Shown here: one piece after another, positions 10,381-20,571 of the stretch
How positions within the stretch are numbered: position 1 is the stretch's first letter
Layout of the letters: each line of letters starts with the position of its first letter
From: Candidatus Woesebacteria bacterium
Lineage (GTDB): Bacteria; Patescibacteriota; Microgenomatia; UBA1400; PJMF01
Assembly: GCA_050123235.1 (NCBI GenBank)
Contig: JASFHL010000002.1
Coordinates: 15,326 to 79,325 of the forward strand
Reading direction: 5' to 3'
DNA: 64,000 nucleotides
Translations under genes and position numbers: made by a program
Notes under the pieces: model-generated
The model's database searches: none
What the model saw: the letters and a program-made list of their open reading frames with translations, nothing else
Told to the model about the DNA's origin: nothing

Positions 10381-10600
10381 TAAAAAAAGCCTTTTTGCTT
10401 CACTATCACTAATGAAACAAAAAGGCTTTTCTATTTAATTCGGCATATAGCCCTGAATTTTAGAAAAAGGTACCAACCTTTTGTGAGCAAAATCACTCTG
10501 CCACTACTTAATTCCAGCGATTACGGGCTTACCCGGCTTAGTCTAATCTTTTATTTAAAACAAAATTTCTTTAAGCACCCTGTAGTAAAAACTACTCATT
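10381..10600 (-). ncRNA. T-box riboswitch (ileS leader) with antiterminator and intrinsic terminator
   Basis: Minus strand AAGGT-[TGGTACC bulge, 10469-10475]-TTTTTCTA...TAGAAAA-GCCTT antiterminator; overlapping terminator AAAAGCCTTTTTG/CAAAAAGGCTTTT (10385-10430) plus U run; upstream CGGG-TAAG-CCCG and GTGA..TCAC stems; 5' boundary approximate. Confidence 0.8.
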
Positions 10601-10670
10601 GTGTGATTGCACAATTACAAGGGATTTAAAATTAATATTTAATTGTAACACATAGATCAAGTAAAAAAAC

Positions 10671-11975
10671 TTACTTCTGTCTCAGAAATGCTGGGATTTC
10701 AAATTCATCTTCAAAGGCTGAATCTGTATCATCAGCGCTCTGATCATTATTATCTTGCTGGGGATCTTGTTTTTGACTTTGTTTAACATCATCACCAAAA
10801 GCTTGAGATTTAACAAAAGGTTGGGCTTTACTTGTCACTCCACCACTAGATAGATCCGAAACAGTCTTAGGCTGGGTAAAACCACCAGGTGCTCGATCAA
10901 TCTTAGGCTCTTCTTTAACTTTATCGGTAGATGTTGCTGAATTCATAGACAATCTTCTATTTGAATCTCTACCAAAGGCACCAAACATCCCTCTACCTGG
11001 AGAAGCATAACCCATGCCTCTTTCATCAAAACCAGTAGCAATCACACTGATCTTAATCTTACTCCCCATTTCTTCATCTAAAGTAGCTCCAAATATGATA
11101 TTGGCATCTGGATCTGCTGCATTGGCAATAATAGCAGAAGCATCACTGACCTCAGTCATAGTCATATCAGAGCCACCAATAACGTTATAAAGAATACCTT
11201 TAGCTCCATCAATAGAAACCTCTAAAAGGGGAGAAGAAATAGCCATTCTGGCTGCTGTCACAGCTCTATCCTCACCTGAAGCTTCACCAATACCCATTAA
11301 AGCACTCCCACTATCAAGCATGATTGTTTTGACATCAGCAAAATCAACATTAATCAATCCTGGCACTGTAATTAAATCAGAAATTCCTTTCACACCTTGT
11401 CCTAAAACATTGTCTGCTAATCTGAAAGCATCCAAAAGCGTCATCTTTTTATCCACCACTTCCATCAACCGTTGGTTTGGGATAACAATCAAAGTGTCCA
11501 CCTGATCTTTCAGAATATCAATGCCTTCTTCGGCAGTTTGCATACGTCTAATGCCTTCAAAAGCAAAAGGTTTAGTCACTACTGCTACTGTCAAAGCACC
11601 AGATTCTTTGGCAATCTCAGCAATGATAGAAGAAGCTCCTGTGCCAGTGCCACCGCCCATGCCTGCAGTAATAAAAACCATATCACTATCAAACAATAAA
11701 TCTTTCAGTTTTTCACGGCTTTCTTCTGCAGCCGCGCGTCCAACTTCAGGATCAGCTCCAGCACCCAGGCCTCTAGTGAAATTACTGCCAATCTGAACTT
11801 TAGTTTCTGATTTAGAAGTTAATAAGGCTTGAGCATCAGTGTTAACAGAAATGAACTCAACTCCTTGAATTTGCTCAGAACTAATCATAGAATTGACGGC
11901 ATTACCACCGCCACCACCGACGCCAATCACTTTAATCTTTGCGAAAGTTGTATTTGAAGGTTTTACAAGTCCCAT
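10671..11975 (-). CDS. ftsZ: Cell division GTPase FtsZ
   Basis: [19 protein letters not shown] tubulin signature, C-terminal EIPAFLR. Confidence 0.98.
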   Translation of the reverse strand: MGLVKPSNTTFAKIKVIGVGGGGGNAVNSMISSEQIQGVEFISVNTDAQALLTSKSETKVQIGSNFTRGLGAGADPEVGRAAAEESREKLKDLLFDSDMVFITAGMGGGTGTGASSIIAEIAKESGALTVAVVTKPFAFEGIRRMQTAEEGIDILKDQVDTLIVIPNQRLMEVVDKKMTLLDAFRLADNVLGQGVKGISDLITVPGLINVDFADVKTIMLDSGSALMGIGEASGEDRAVTAARMAISSPLLEVSIDGAKGILYNVIGGSDMTMTEVSDASAIIANAADPDANIIFGATLDEEMGSKIKISVIATGFDERGMGYASPGRGMFGAFGRDSNRRLSMNSATSTDKVKEEPKIDRAPGGFTQPKTVSDLSSGGVTSKAQPFVKSQAFGDDVKQSQKQDPQQDNNDQSADDTDSAFEDEFEIPAFLRQK

Positions 11976-12121
11976 GTTTGTTTATTTTACAGTAAAAAGT
12001 AATTTTTTGCTTACACGCAAAACTACTCTTTTTATATCAAAGTTTGTCAGTAAAAGAAAGAGTGATTATTTGAGAATTTAATAAATTTCTAAAATTTAAT
12101 CTTATCAAAAAATTAGATTCT

Positions 12122-13558
12122 TCAGTAAACAAGCAAAATTGAAGGAACGCTTTCTTCATCACTTATAGTAGAAATCAGACCTTTATTAGCGACAATAGAT
12201 TGATAACCAGATTGTATTACCGGATCAAGAAAACCAACTTTAGGATTTATTCCCAAAGATATTAATTCATCCGCCAATATCTGCTGTAATTCTGGATAAT
12301 AGATAAAATTTATGGGTATTTCCAAAAGAATTAATTTTCCATCTCTTCTTTGACCAATTGCTCTTAATTTGTTATCAATCATTTCTTTTCTTTCCTCCAT
12401 AATTTTTTCTTCTCCTCCATGGTATTCTATATATTTTAAGAATTGACCTGAATCATATCCTGGTAGACCATGTTCTACAACTTCTTTAAAGTCATAATTA
12501 GCTATATCCCAAGGCCAAAGTAATCTAATAGCTGTATCAACTTCCATGAGTACTTCAGGGTTAGGACCATAGACTAATTGAGATTGTCCTCTTTGATCTA
12601 TAGTCAACCAAACTGTTCCTTCAAAATTAATAACTTCTCTAAAATGAGCTGTTTCTTCTCCATTCAACTTCATTCCTTCATCAAATGCCATACCCAGATA
12701 TGCCAAATTACTCTTTTCATAAAGATCAGGCAAAATCTCAGAAATAGTTTTAATATCACCTTTTAATACTAATTTTGCTTCTTCAGGATCAATAAATTTG
12801 ATACGAAAAGCATCTTCATGCTCACTTTTAGCAGGTCTACCAAAGATTAAATTTTCCATTTTTTGAACTTCAATGTGCCCAGACTTCGTAGGAATATCTC
12901 TAACAACGTATCTGAACTCATCGCCTGTGGAATACCTATCAAAAAACTTTCCTGCTTGAAAACTCTCTCCAGCTTCGACTGTTTGTCCTAATGATTTCAA
13001 TAACAAGTTATTTTCTGCAGTCTCTAAGCCTAAATATTCTGAGCAAGCTTGTTCTCCTTGAAAAGAAACTGCTATTTTTTCCAAAGCCTCTCCATAATTG
13101 CCATTCTCTAAATCGTGATGACTAGAATATAAAGTTACCTGACATAAAGGATCAAAATGAGGTACTATTTGATCCATTGTTAGTTCTACCATCCATCTTG
13201 GTAACTCACCTTTTGCCCGTATATCTCCAACAAATGTAAATAAGATCATGAATAATAAAACTAGGGTTATAAAAGAACGCTCTCTTTTACGAGCTTCTTT
13301 TTTTATATCTTGTTTGGGAATTGTGCTTAAAGTTTCAAGCTCTTCATCAAAAACTAACTCTGGATGCTCTAAATCTAAGTAGGCAATTAGCATATCTTTA
13401 AAAAGAAGTAAAAATCGGTTAAAAGCAGCCTTATTCCAAAAAGGTTCTGTTTCAAAATTTTTTACTTTTTCCTTTAAAAAATGTTTTAATGAACTAGCTT
13501 TCTCTTTAATGGCTTTTAAAGAATGACTGGCTTCTTCTCTAGAAAATTTTGGCATCAT
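12122..13558 (-). CDS. Orphan single-pass membrane protein; C-terminus resembles a diverged phosphodiester glycosidase (NAGPA) domain
   Basis: TM at about aa 96-110; RAIGQRRDGKLILL...LADELISLG...FLD echoes the NAGPA pattern RTAIGxxxDGxLLL...LAxxLxxLG...NLDGGGS. Confidence 0.5.
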   Translation of the reverse strand: MMPKFSREEASHSLKAIKEKASSLKHFLKEKVKNFETEPFWNKAAFNRFLLLFKDMLIAYLDLEHPELVFDEELETLSTIPKQDIKKEARKRERSFITLVLLFMILFTFVGDIRAKGELPRWMVELTMDQIVPHFDPLCQVTLYSSHHDLENGNYGEALEKIAVSFQGEQACSEYLGLETAENNLLLKSLGQTVEAGESFQAGKFFDRYSTGDEFRYVVRDIPTKSGHIEVQKMENLIFGRPAKSEHEDAFRIKFIDPEEAKLVLKGDIKTISEILPDLYEKSNLAYLGMAFDEGMKLNGEETAHFREVINFEGTVWLTIDQRGQSQLVYGPNPEVLMEVDTAIRLLWPWDIANYDFKEVVEHGLPGYDSGQFLKYIEYHGGEEKIMEERKEMIDNKLRAIGQRRDGKLILLEIPINFIYYPELQQILADELISLGINPKVGFLDPVIQSGYQSIVANKGLISTISDEESVPSILLVY

Positions 13559-13588
13559 TAGTGCTGAGAGTAGATATGAAATAAAAAT

Positions 13589-14902
13589 TTAAGGTAACAA
13601 TTTTTTTATTAGGTCTCCAATGCCTTTAGCAGCAGATTTCAAAGGTAAGCTCTTTAAAAAATCTAAGTTAAAATTAATACCTCTTTTAGCCTGAGCACCA
13701 CCACCATGAGCTAAACCATAAACTAAAAGTCCAACAGCAGTGGTATAAGCTGGACTTAGGATGTCAGTGGTCAAACCAGCCAGTTGTTTTGGCTGACCAA
13801 CTCTAGCTGGCAAACGGAAAACTTTTTTAGCAACATCCACAATCCCCACTGTTTCAGCTCCACCACCAGTCAAGACCACTCCTGCTGGAATTTGAGTTAA
13901 CAAATTTTTCTTATTTAATTCCTGAGCAATCATCTGTAAAATTTCCTTCATCCTTGGCACCATAATTCCCTCAAGTAAAACTTTTTTGGAAAGCTTGTCA
14001 TCAGTTTCATAAATACCCAAAGCTTCTAAATCTATCTTATCTGCTTTTTTTCGTCTCTTATTTAAATCATCTTTAGACTCACCTGGACGAGCCTTAATTG
14101 TTGCAAATTTTTCAGAAGAAAGAGCTAATTTAATCTTTTCTGCAGCTTGGATACTGATTCGACAACCTAGAGCAATATCCTGAGTAATATGTCGCGCTCC
14201 AATTGGCAAAGAACCAGAGAATTCCATTGAACCCTCAACAAAAACACAAAAATTACTTGAACCAGCTCCAATCTCAATTAAAACTACTCCCAATTCTTTT
14301 TCCGTTTCTGACAAAACCACTTCGGAGGAGGCAATACTTGAAAAAACAAAACCATCTACAGTCAAACCCAAATCATTTAAACATTTCTCAACATTTTTCA
14401 AAGAAGTCGTCATACCAGTAATAATATGTGCCTCTGATTCAAGTCTAACTCCAGTCATACCAACTGGATCTTTAATTCCTTCTTGCGAATCAACTTTAAA
14501 ATATCTAGGAATTACATGAAGCACTTGTCTTCCGGAAGGTAAGGAAATAGCTCTAGCTGCCTCAATTACTCTTTCTACATCTTCAGGGATGATTTCTTGA
14601 TGGGGATTAGCTACCGCCACCACTCCTTTTGAATTTCTAGATTGAATGTGCGAGCCAGAAATAGCTACATAAGCACTGTTAATGTCAAAACCAGCCATTC
14701 TTTCAACTGCGTCTAAACTCTCACTAATACTGGAGAGTGCTTCTTCGAGATCAATGATCATACTTTTTTTAACTCCACGAGAGGCAACTACTGAAATGCC
14801 TAGAACTTTAAGTTGTCTATCTTCATCACTATGTGAAGCCACTAGAGTGATACATTTTTCCGTCCCCAAGTCGATAGCTGTAATTATTTTTTCTCTACTC
14901 AT
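13589..14902 (-). CDS. ftsA: Cell division protein FtsA
   Basis: AIDLGT, PVGMTGVRLE, IEIGAG, AEKIK, VVLTGGGA. Confidence 0.96.
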   Translation of the reverse strand: MSREKIITAIDLGTEKCITLVASHSDEDRQLKVLGISVVASRGVKKSMIIDLEEALSSISESLDAVERMAGFDINSAYVAISGSHIQSRNSKGVVAVANPHQEIIPEDVERVIEAARAISLPSGRQVLHVIPRYFKVDSQEGIKDPVGMTGVRLESEAHIITGMTTSLKNVEKCLNDLGLTVDGFVFSSIASSEVVLSETEKELGVVLIEIGAGSSNFCVFVEGSMEFSGSLPIGARHITQDIALGCRISIQAAEKIKLALSSEKFATIKARPGESKDDLNKRRKKADKIDLEALGIYETDDKLSKKVLLEGIMVPRMKEILQMIAQELNKKNLLTQIPAGVVLTGGGAETVGIVDVAKKVFRLPARVGQPKQLAGLTTDILSPAYTTAVGLLVYGLAHGGGAQAKRGINFNLDFLKSLPLKSAAKGIGDLIKKLLP

Positions 14903-14922
14903 ATTTTTGAAGTCATTTCATC

Positions 14923-14940
14923 ATAGCAAAATTTTGCTAT
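14923..14940. promoter_or_regulatory. Perfect 18-bp palindrome overlapping the putative ftsA extended -10
   Basis: ATAGCAAAA|TTTTGCTAT; minus strand reads TG-C-TATGAT about 18 nt before the ftsA ATG. Confidence 0.45.
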
Positions 14941-14997
14941 AAATGTCGAGAATTTAAAGTTACTTATTAATTAACTTTTTTGTAATAAATCTTTAAC

Positions 14998-15717
14998 TTA
15001 GTAATTGGAAGACTTTGTACGTAGTACTGGATAATTGAATCTTAAGTCAATTTCTTTGATTGCCAAATCAATGCTATTCAAATCAAGTTGATCCAGTATC
15101 AAATTCAATTTTCTAATATCTTCTCTAGGATCTTTTTTTTCTTCCAAAATAACTTTCAGCTGTTCATCAATAATAATTTCTGTTCTAAATTTATTTAAGT
15201 ATTGAATCTTTTGAAAATCAAAATCCATTTTTACCGCCAACAACTCTTTAACAAATTGGTGAAAACTAGCTTTAACTTTCTTATTAAGAATTAAAGTATC
15301 CCACAAATCCTTTCCTGCTTCTATGGTATAAAGAGAAATGCCTGAATCATCCAGTTTTATTTCTCCCTCCTGAGAGACTAAATAAGACTGCTGTTCTGTG
15401 AAAGATAAACGATATAAAGGAGTCTCCTGGCTTAAAAATATAATTAAAGTATTAGGTAACTTTTTTTTGATCTTTTTAACTTGAAAAAAATCATTTCCCG
15501 AATCTAATTTGAAAACACGTTTCAGATTTGGCTCTGCTTCAAAATCAGTAAAAAATAAAGACTTACCTTTGAGTGATTCAAACTCTTGGCAATTTACCAG
15601 CTTCTTTGTGTCATCATGTATACAGTTGACATTAGTTACAAGCATGAAATGCTTTAAGAAAAAAAACGAACTGACAATAATCGTAGCGGTAAAAAATAAC
15701 TTTAAAAAAAATTTCAT
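14998..15717 (-). CDS. FtsQ/DivIB-like cell division protein
   Basis: N-terminal TM, KKKLPNTL POTRA-like segment, C-terminal EIDLRF; lies between murG and ftsA. Confidence 0.75.
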   Translation of the reverse strand: MKFFLKLFFTATIIVSSFFFLKHFMLVTNVNCIHDDTKKLVNCQEFESLKGKSLFFTDFEAEPNLKRVFKLDSGNDFFQVKKIKKKLPNTLIIFLSQETPLYRLSFTEQQSYLVSQEGEIKLDDSGISLYTIEAGKDLWDTLILNKKVKASFHQFVKELLAVKMDFDFQKIQYLNKFRTEIIIDEQLKVILEEKKDPREDIRKLNLILDQLDLNSIDLAIKEIDLRFNYPVLRTKSSNY

Positions 15718-15722
15718 GTTCT

Positions 15723-16868
15723 TTAACTTCTGTTTTTTTCAATTTCCTTCAAAATATTAAAAATTTTTTCACTAGCATCTAGCTTAGGTCTAATTTTCTT
15801 TAAATTCTCTTTTAATTCTTGATACTTATCTTCCAAATTAGCTATTGCCTGCAAAAGTGAATCTCTATCCAAATATTTTTGTTCTAGTAAAAGAGCTGCT
15901 TTTTGATCTGAAAGCCACTGTGCATTCAACTTTTGTTCATCTTTGTAAGCAAAAGGTAAAGGGATTAAAATACTTGGTAAATTGCTGATAGCCAATTCCA
16001 AGACGGTATTAGCTCCAGAACGGCTAATTGCTAATCTGGCATTTTGATAAATCCAAGCTAAATCTTTTTCACCCAACCATTCTTTTACAAAATATCTTGA
16101 TTGCAATTCTGAATTTAATTGGGCGGCTGTCGTCTTTAGTTCTTTTAAATAATTATTTGCTAAAGTTGGTCGACCACAAATATGCAGCAGTGAATAATTA
16201 CTTAATAAATCAGCTAAATTCTCTTTTACTACTTGATTAATCACCTTTGAACCTTGATTACCGCCAGTAATTAAGACCAAAGGTTTATCCAACTTTTTGT
16301 TTTTCATCCAACTGGGACTTTGTTTTTGCTTTTTGACAATCTCTGCGCGGATTGGATTGCCAGTTAAATAAACCTTTTTACGATAAATTCCCTTTTTATC
16401 GGCAAAACTTTTGACTGTTTCTCCAAATGAAACAGCCAGCACAGTTGCTAATTTGGCAATAATAGCATTGGCCATACCAATGGTTCTTGTTTGTTCGTGA
16501 GTAAGTATAGGAATTTTTTTCAAATAAGCAGCAATTGCTATTGGCACTGCTAAGTAACCCCCAAATGAAAGAAAGATATCGGGCTTTATTTGATCTAAAA
16601 CTTTGCATGCTCTCTTGACTGAAATAATCAAGAGAAAAAATTTCTTAAATTTAACAAAAAGATTACCATCAAATCTAATAGCTGAAAAAGGAATAAAACT
16701 TAGATTCCTTTTTTTAATTTCTTGTTCTTCCACTGCTTTTTGTTTTAACTTTTTTTGACTATATTCTCGACCTACAAAAACTAATTCATTGTTAGATTGA
16801 CTAGCTTGCACATAATCAACAAAAGCCAGGGCTGGAGTCAGATGGCCGCCAGAAATTAATATCTTCAT
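15723..16868 (-). CDS. murG: Undecaprenyl-PP-MurNAc-pentapeptide GlcNAc transferase
   Basis: GGHLTPA, FGGY, HEQ, TGNPIR, GGNQG, SRSGANT, EQKLNA. Confidence 0.95.
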   Translation of the reverse strand: MKILISGGHLTPALAFVDYVQASQSNNELVFVGREYSQKKLKQKAVEEQEIKKRNLSFIPFSAIRFDGNLFVKFKKFFLLIISVKRACKVLDQIKPDIFLSFGGYLAVPIAIAAYLKKIPILTHEQTRTIGMANAIIAKLATVLAVSFGETVKSFADKKGIYRKKVYLTGNPIRAEIVKKQKQSPSWMKNKKLDKPLVLITGGNQGSKVINQVVKENLADLLSNYSLLHICGRPTLANNYLKELKTTAAQLNSELQSRYFVKEWLGEKDLAWIYQNARLAISRSGANTVLELAISNLPSILIPLPFAYKDEQKLNAQWLSDQKAALLLEQKYLDRDSLLQAIANLEDKYQELKENLKKIRPKLDASEKIFNILKEIEKNRS

Positions 16869-16958
16869 AAAGTAACAAGCCCCAATTTAGAAATAAATCT
16901 TGAGACAATTGTAATATATAAGCTGCTATTTCGGAATCAGGGGTTTATAATGTCAAAA

Positions 16959-18050
16959 CTAAGCGCGATTCTCTTTGGCTATTCGCAAAACCACCCCGGT
17001 AGCTAAAAAAACCATTACTAATGAAGACCCTCCATAAGAAAAAAAGGGGAGAGGTAAACCGGTCAAAGGGACCAAAGCTACTACCGCAGCTAAATTTAGT
17101 AAAGTCTGACTACTCACCCAAAGTAAAACGCCAAAAGCCACTAGTTGCGCAAATGATCTATTTTTGGCTTTGAGCGCAATTTCATAAATCAAATTAAAGT
17201 ATGAAATAAACAATAATAATAAAAGCATCGAACCTAAAAAACCAATTTCTTCCCCAATAATCGCAAAAATAGAATCACTACTTGCTTCAGGAATATAATA
17301 AAATTTTTGTTTAGAATTACCTAAGCCCTGTCCAAGCCAACCGCCACTGCCCAAAGCTAGAGTAATTTGCCTAATATGAAAGCTTGCTCCCAAAGGATCA
17401 GCTTCGGGATTAAGAAAAGTTTTTAATCTTCTCAATCTATAAGAAGAGGTTAGGATCATTAAAGCTAGAAAAAAAACACCAGCTAAACTAACAGCTAAAA
17501 TTTTTTTAAAATCTCCCCCCGACAAGTAATACATACCAAAAGCAATTGATAAAAGAATTAAAAGAGACCCCATATCAGGTTGGAGTAATAAGAGAAGCAC
17601 GGGGATTGCTGTTAAAAAAAGGAATGGCGTTAAACGTTGATGCTTGCTCATCCAAGAGGCATAAAAAATAACTAAAGCAAATTTGACGAACTCAATTGGT
17701 TGTCCATTTGCTGGACCGATCTTAATCCACCTATGGGCGCCATTGATCTCCAAACCTATTCCCGGGATAAAAACTAAAACTAATAAAATTAAACTAAAAA
17801 TATACCAAAGTGGAGCTGTTTTTAACCAGAGTTTGCTTGGAATTAATGAAGTAAAAAACATCAAGGCTACCCCTATCATAAACCACATAGATTGCTGTCT
17901 TAAGAAATGATAAGGATGAGAGTATTTAGCAAAACTTTCGGCTACAGAACTTTCAAAAACAAAAAACAAACCAATCAAAGAAAGTAGCACTGTGAGCAAG
18001 CTTAAAAAAATCTGTTGATAAGAAACAGTTGTTTTTTTCTTTTTTCTCAT
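16959..18050 (-). CDS. ftsW: SEDS family protein FtsW
   Basis: GAHRWI, QPIEFVK, QPDMGS, GLGNSKQK, IPEASSDSIFAIIGEE, PFFSYGGSS. Confidence 0.93.
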   Translation of the reverse strand: MRKKKKTTVSYQQIFLSLLTVLLSLIGLFFVFESSVAESFAKYSHPYHFLRQQSMWFMIGVALMFFTSLIPSKLWLKTAPLWYIFSLILLVLVFIPGIGLEINGAHRWIKIGPANGQPIEFVKFALVIFYASWMSKHQRLTPFLFLTAIPVLLLLLQPDMGSLLILLSIAFGMYYLSGGDFKKILAVSLAGVFFLALMILTSSYRLRRLKTFLNPEADPLGASFHIRQITLALGSGGWLGQGLGNSKQKFYYIPEASSDSIFAIIGEEIGFLGSMLLLLLFISYFNLIYEIALKAKNRSFAQLVAFGVLLWVSSQTLLNLAAVVALVPLTGLPLPFFSYGGSSLVMVFLATGVVLRIAKENRA

Positions 18051-18067
18051 TATTCTTTACTTTGAAA

Positions 18068-19111
18068 TTAAACCACTGCTAACCAAACTCCAAATAAAGT
18101 TAACATAATTTGTACTAACCATGCTCTTTGCACAATTTTTGGTTCTTCCCAACCATAATTTTGAAGAGTCAAATGAAAGGGTGCTGCTGGCATTAATTTT
18201 TTGCCTAAAAATTTCTTTGAAAAAAGTTGAAGAAGAGAACTAGAAATCTCAAAAACAAAAATAAAACCAATAACCACTAGAGCTAGTATTTTACCCAATA
18301 ATAAACCCACAACAGCTAGTGTAGCGCCAAAAGAGAGAGCTCCAACATCTCCCATAAAAATTCTGGCTGGGTAAACATTGAAATAAAGAAAACTAATCAA
18401 AGAACCAATCCATAAAGCAATAAAAACTGACAAAGGAACATCTAGAATAGAAGTAGATAAAATCCAAAGCCCAAACAAAGAAATCATTAAAGAACCAGAA
18501 GCTAGACCATCTAAGCCATCAGTGATATTAATAGCATTGGTAAAAGCCACGATCACAAAAGTAGCAAACGGAATATAAAGTAAACCCAGATCAAAAATTC
18601 CAATAAAAGGAATATTAAGAATCGAAATTCCTAAATTAAAATAAAGCATTAAAGAAATGATCAAAGCTAAAGCAATTTGAAAAAGAAATTTATGTTTCAT
18701 TCTCAGACCAAAAAAGCCACTTTTTTCAAAACCAAAAAACTTTTTGACATCATCATACAAACCTAAAACTGCAAATGACAAAAAAGTAAAAAAGAGAATA
18801 TTAACCTCAGCTTGGTGCTCAGAATAAACACTAGTAATTTCAATCCCAAAAAAATCAAGCACTGGTAAAATTACTGCAAACAATAAAGAAACTACCAAAA
18901 TAATTAACAAGCCTCCTCCTACTGGCACTCCTACTTTACCTTTATGAAATTTATTAAAAACCGGAGTTAGTTTACCAAAGACATCTTTTGTTTCTTGTTT
19001 CAAACGTTGAAATTTAAGAGTATACAAAGCATTGATAAAAGGAATAATAGCAATGCTGGTAATAATAAAGGAAAATATCAATAATCCTAATAATAAAGCT
19101 GAAGCGTTCAT
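18068..19111 (-). CDS. mraY: Phospho-N-acetylmuramoyl-pentapeptide transferase
   Basis: GLYDD, NAINITDGLDGL, PARIFMGDVG, APFH. Confidence 0.95.
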   Translation of the reverse strand: MNASALLLGLLIFSFIITSIAIIPFINALYTLKFQRLKQETKDVFGKLTPVFNKFHKGKVGVPVGGGLLIILVVSLLFAVILPVLDFFGIEITSVYSEHQAEVNILFFTFLSFAVLGLYDDVKKFFGFEKSGFFGLRMKHKFLFQIALALIISLMLYFNLGISILNIPFIGIFDLGLLYIPFATFVIVAFTNAINITDGLDGLASGSLMISLFGLWILSTSILDVPLSVFIALWIGSLISFLYFNVYPARIFMGDVGALSFGATLAVVGLLLGKILALVVIGFIFVFEISSSLLQLFSKKFLGKKLMPAAPFHLTLQNYGWEEPKIVQRAWLVQIMLTLFGVWLAVV

Positions 19112-19134
19112 AAAAAATTTTTCTAATTCTAATA

Positions 19135-20475
19135 TTAAGTTCTAATAATTTTTGCTCCCATCGAAGCTAGTTTTTGATCAATCTTTTCATACCCACGATC
19201 AATTTGTTCAACATTATGCAAAACTGTTTTTCCAGAACCAACAATAGCAGCTAATAAAGTAGTAGCACCAGCTCGCAAATCATGAATTTCAAATTCACCG
19301 CCTTTAAACTTAGTCGGCCCTGTGATTCTAATAGCATGTTGATCAGTTTTTTTTCTATCCTGCCAATTAAAATTATAAATTTTTTCGGGATCAGTTATTT
19401 TTGGATTAAACAAATCAATTTTAGCTCCCATCTTTCTCAAAGTCCCAACATATTGAAAGCGATTCTGCATTACTGTTTCATGAATCGTGCTTTTCCCTTT
19501 GGCTGTACACATCAAAATAGCCCACAGCGGTTGCCAATCTGTCATAAAACCTGGATGAATTTGGGTAACTATATCAGTTCCTCTAAGAGGAGCTTTATAA
19601 AAAAATCTAATTCCATAGTCACCAATTTCAACTCCACCGCCTGCTTCATCAACTTTATCTAAAAACGATTGTAAATGATTGTATCGCGCATTTTCAATCA
19701 CAATATCGCCTTTGGTGGCCAAGGCTGCTACTGCGTAACTCACAGCTTCATTTCTGTCTGGCATCACTCGGTGGATAGCTCCTTTTAATTTTTTCACACC
19801 TTGGATTTCAATTACTCTAAAAGAGCGACGGCGAATCCTAGCCCCCATTTTATTGAGTAGATTAATTAACTCATCAATTTCTGGTTCCTCAGCTGCATTT
19901 TCTAGCACTGTTTTGCCTTTGGCCAAAACTGCAGCCATGATTAGAGTTTCAGTACCAGTATGAGTATTTTTAGCAAAACGATAACTGACTCCTCTTAACC
20001 CTTTTGTCTGAGCTTTCAGCGTTGAATTTTCCAAAGTCCACTTAACTCCCATTTTTACCAGACCTTCTAAATGCCTTTCTAATGGCCTTTTACCAATTTT
20101 ATCTCCTCCTGGAAGAGGTACTTCAGCCCTGCCAAATTTAGCTAAAAATGGCGCTAAAAATAATGTGGAAGCCCGTGAAACCTCCCCATATTTTTTAGGC
20201 ACTTGATGAGATTTTAAACCTTTAGGATCAAAAAAAATTGTTTTTTCACCTACAGTATAAGCTTTAGCCCCCAATTCATTAATAATCTTCATTACCATTC
20301 TAACATCAGCAATATCAGGTAAATTAAGAATTCTAGATTTTTCATCACCTAATAAAGTAGCAATCATCAATTTATAAGAAGCATTTTTAGCACCACCCAA
20401 GCGCACGCTACCGTAAAGTGGCGTGCCACCTGTAACTGTGAGAGTTTGTTTAGACTTTACCTGAGATTTATTCAT
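19135..20475 (-). CDS. murA: UDP-N-acetylglucosamine 1-carboxyvinyltransferase (Asp at the Cys115-equivalent site)
   Basis: [42 protein letters not shown]. Confidence 0.96.
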   Translation of the reverse strand: MNKSQVKSKQTLTVTGGTPLYGSVRLGGAKNASYKLMIATLLGDEKSRILNLPDIADVRMVMKIINELGAKAYTVGEKTIFFDPKGLKSHQVPKKYGEVSRASTLFLAPFLAKFGRAEVPLPGGDKIGKRPLERHLEGLVKMGVKWTLENSTLKAQTKGLRGVSYRFAKNTHTGTETLIMAAVLAKGKTVLENAAEEPEIDELINLLNKMGARIRRRSFRVIEIQGVKKLKGAIHRVMPDRNEAVSYAVAALATKGDIVIENARYNHLQSFLDKVDEAGGGVEIGDYGIRFFYKAPLRGTDIVTQIHPGFMTDWQPLWAILMCTAKGKSTIHETVMQNRFQYVGTLRKMGAKIDLFNPKITDPEKIYNFNWQDRKKTDQHAIRITGPTKFKGGEFEIHDLRAGATTLLAAIVGSGKTVLHNVEQIDRGYEKIDQKLASMGAKIIRT

Positions 20476-20571
20476 TTTCTATTAGCCTTTATTTAAAAAT
20501 TGTACAATAGTGCTATTAACTAGACTTATCCAATAATCACTTTAGCATCTTTTTTAGATTTATTTCAAACT

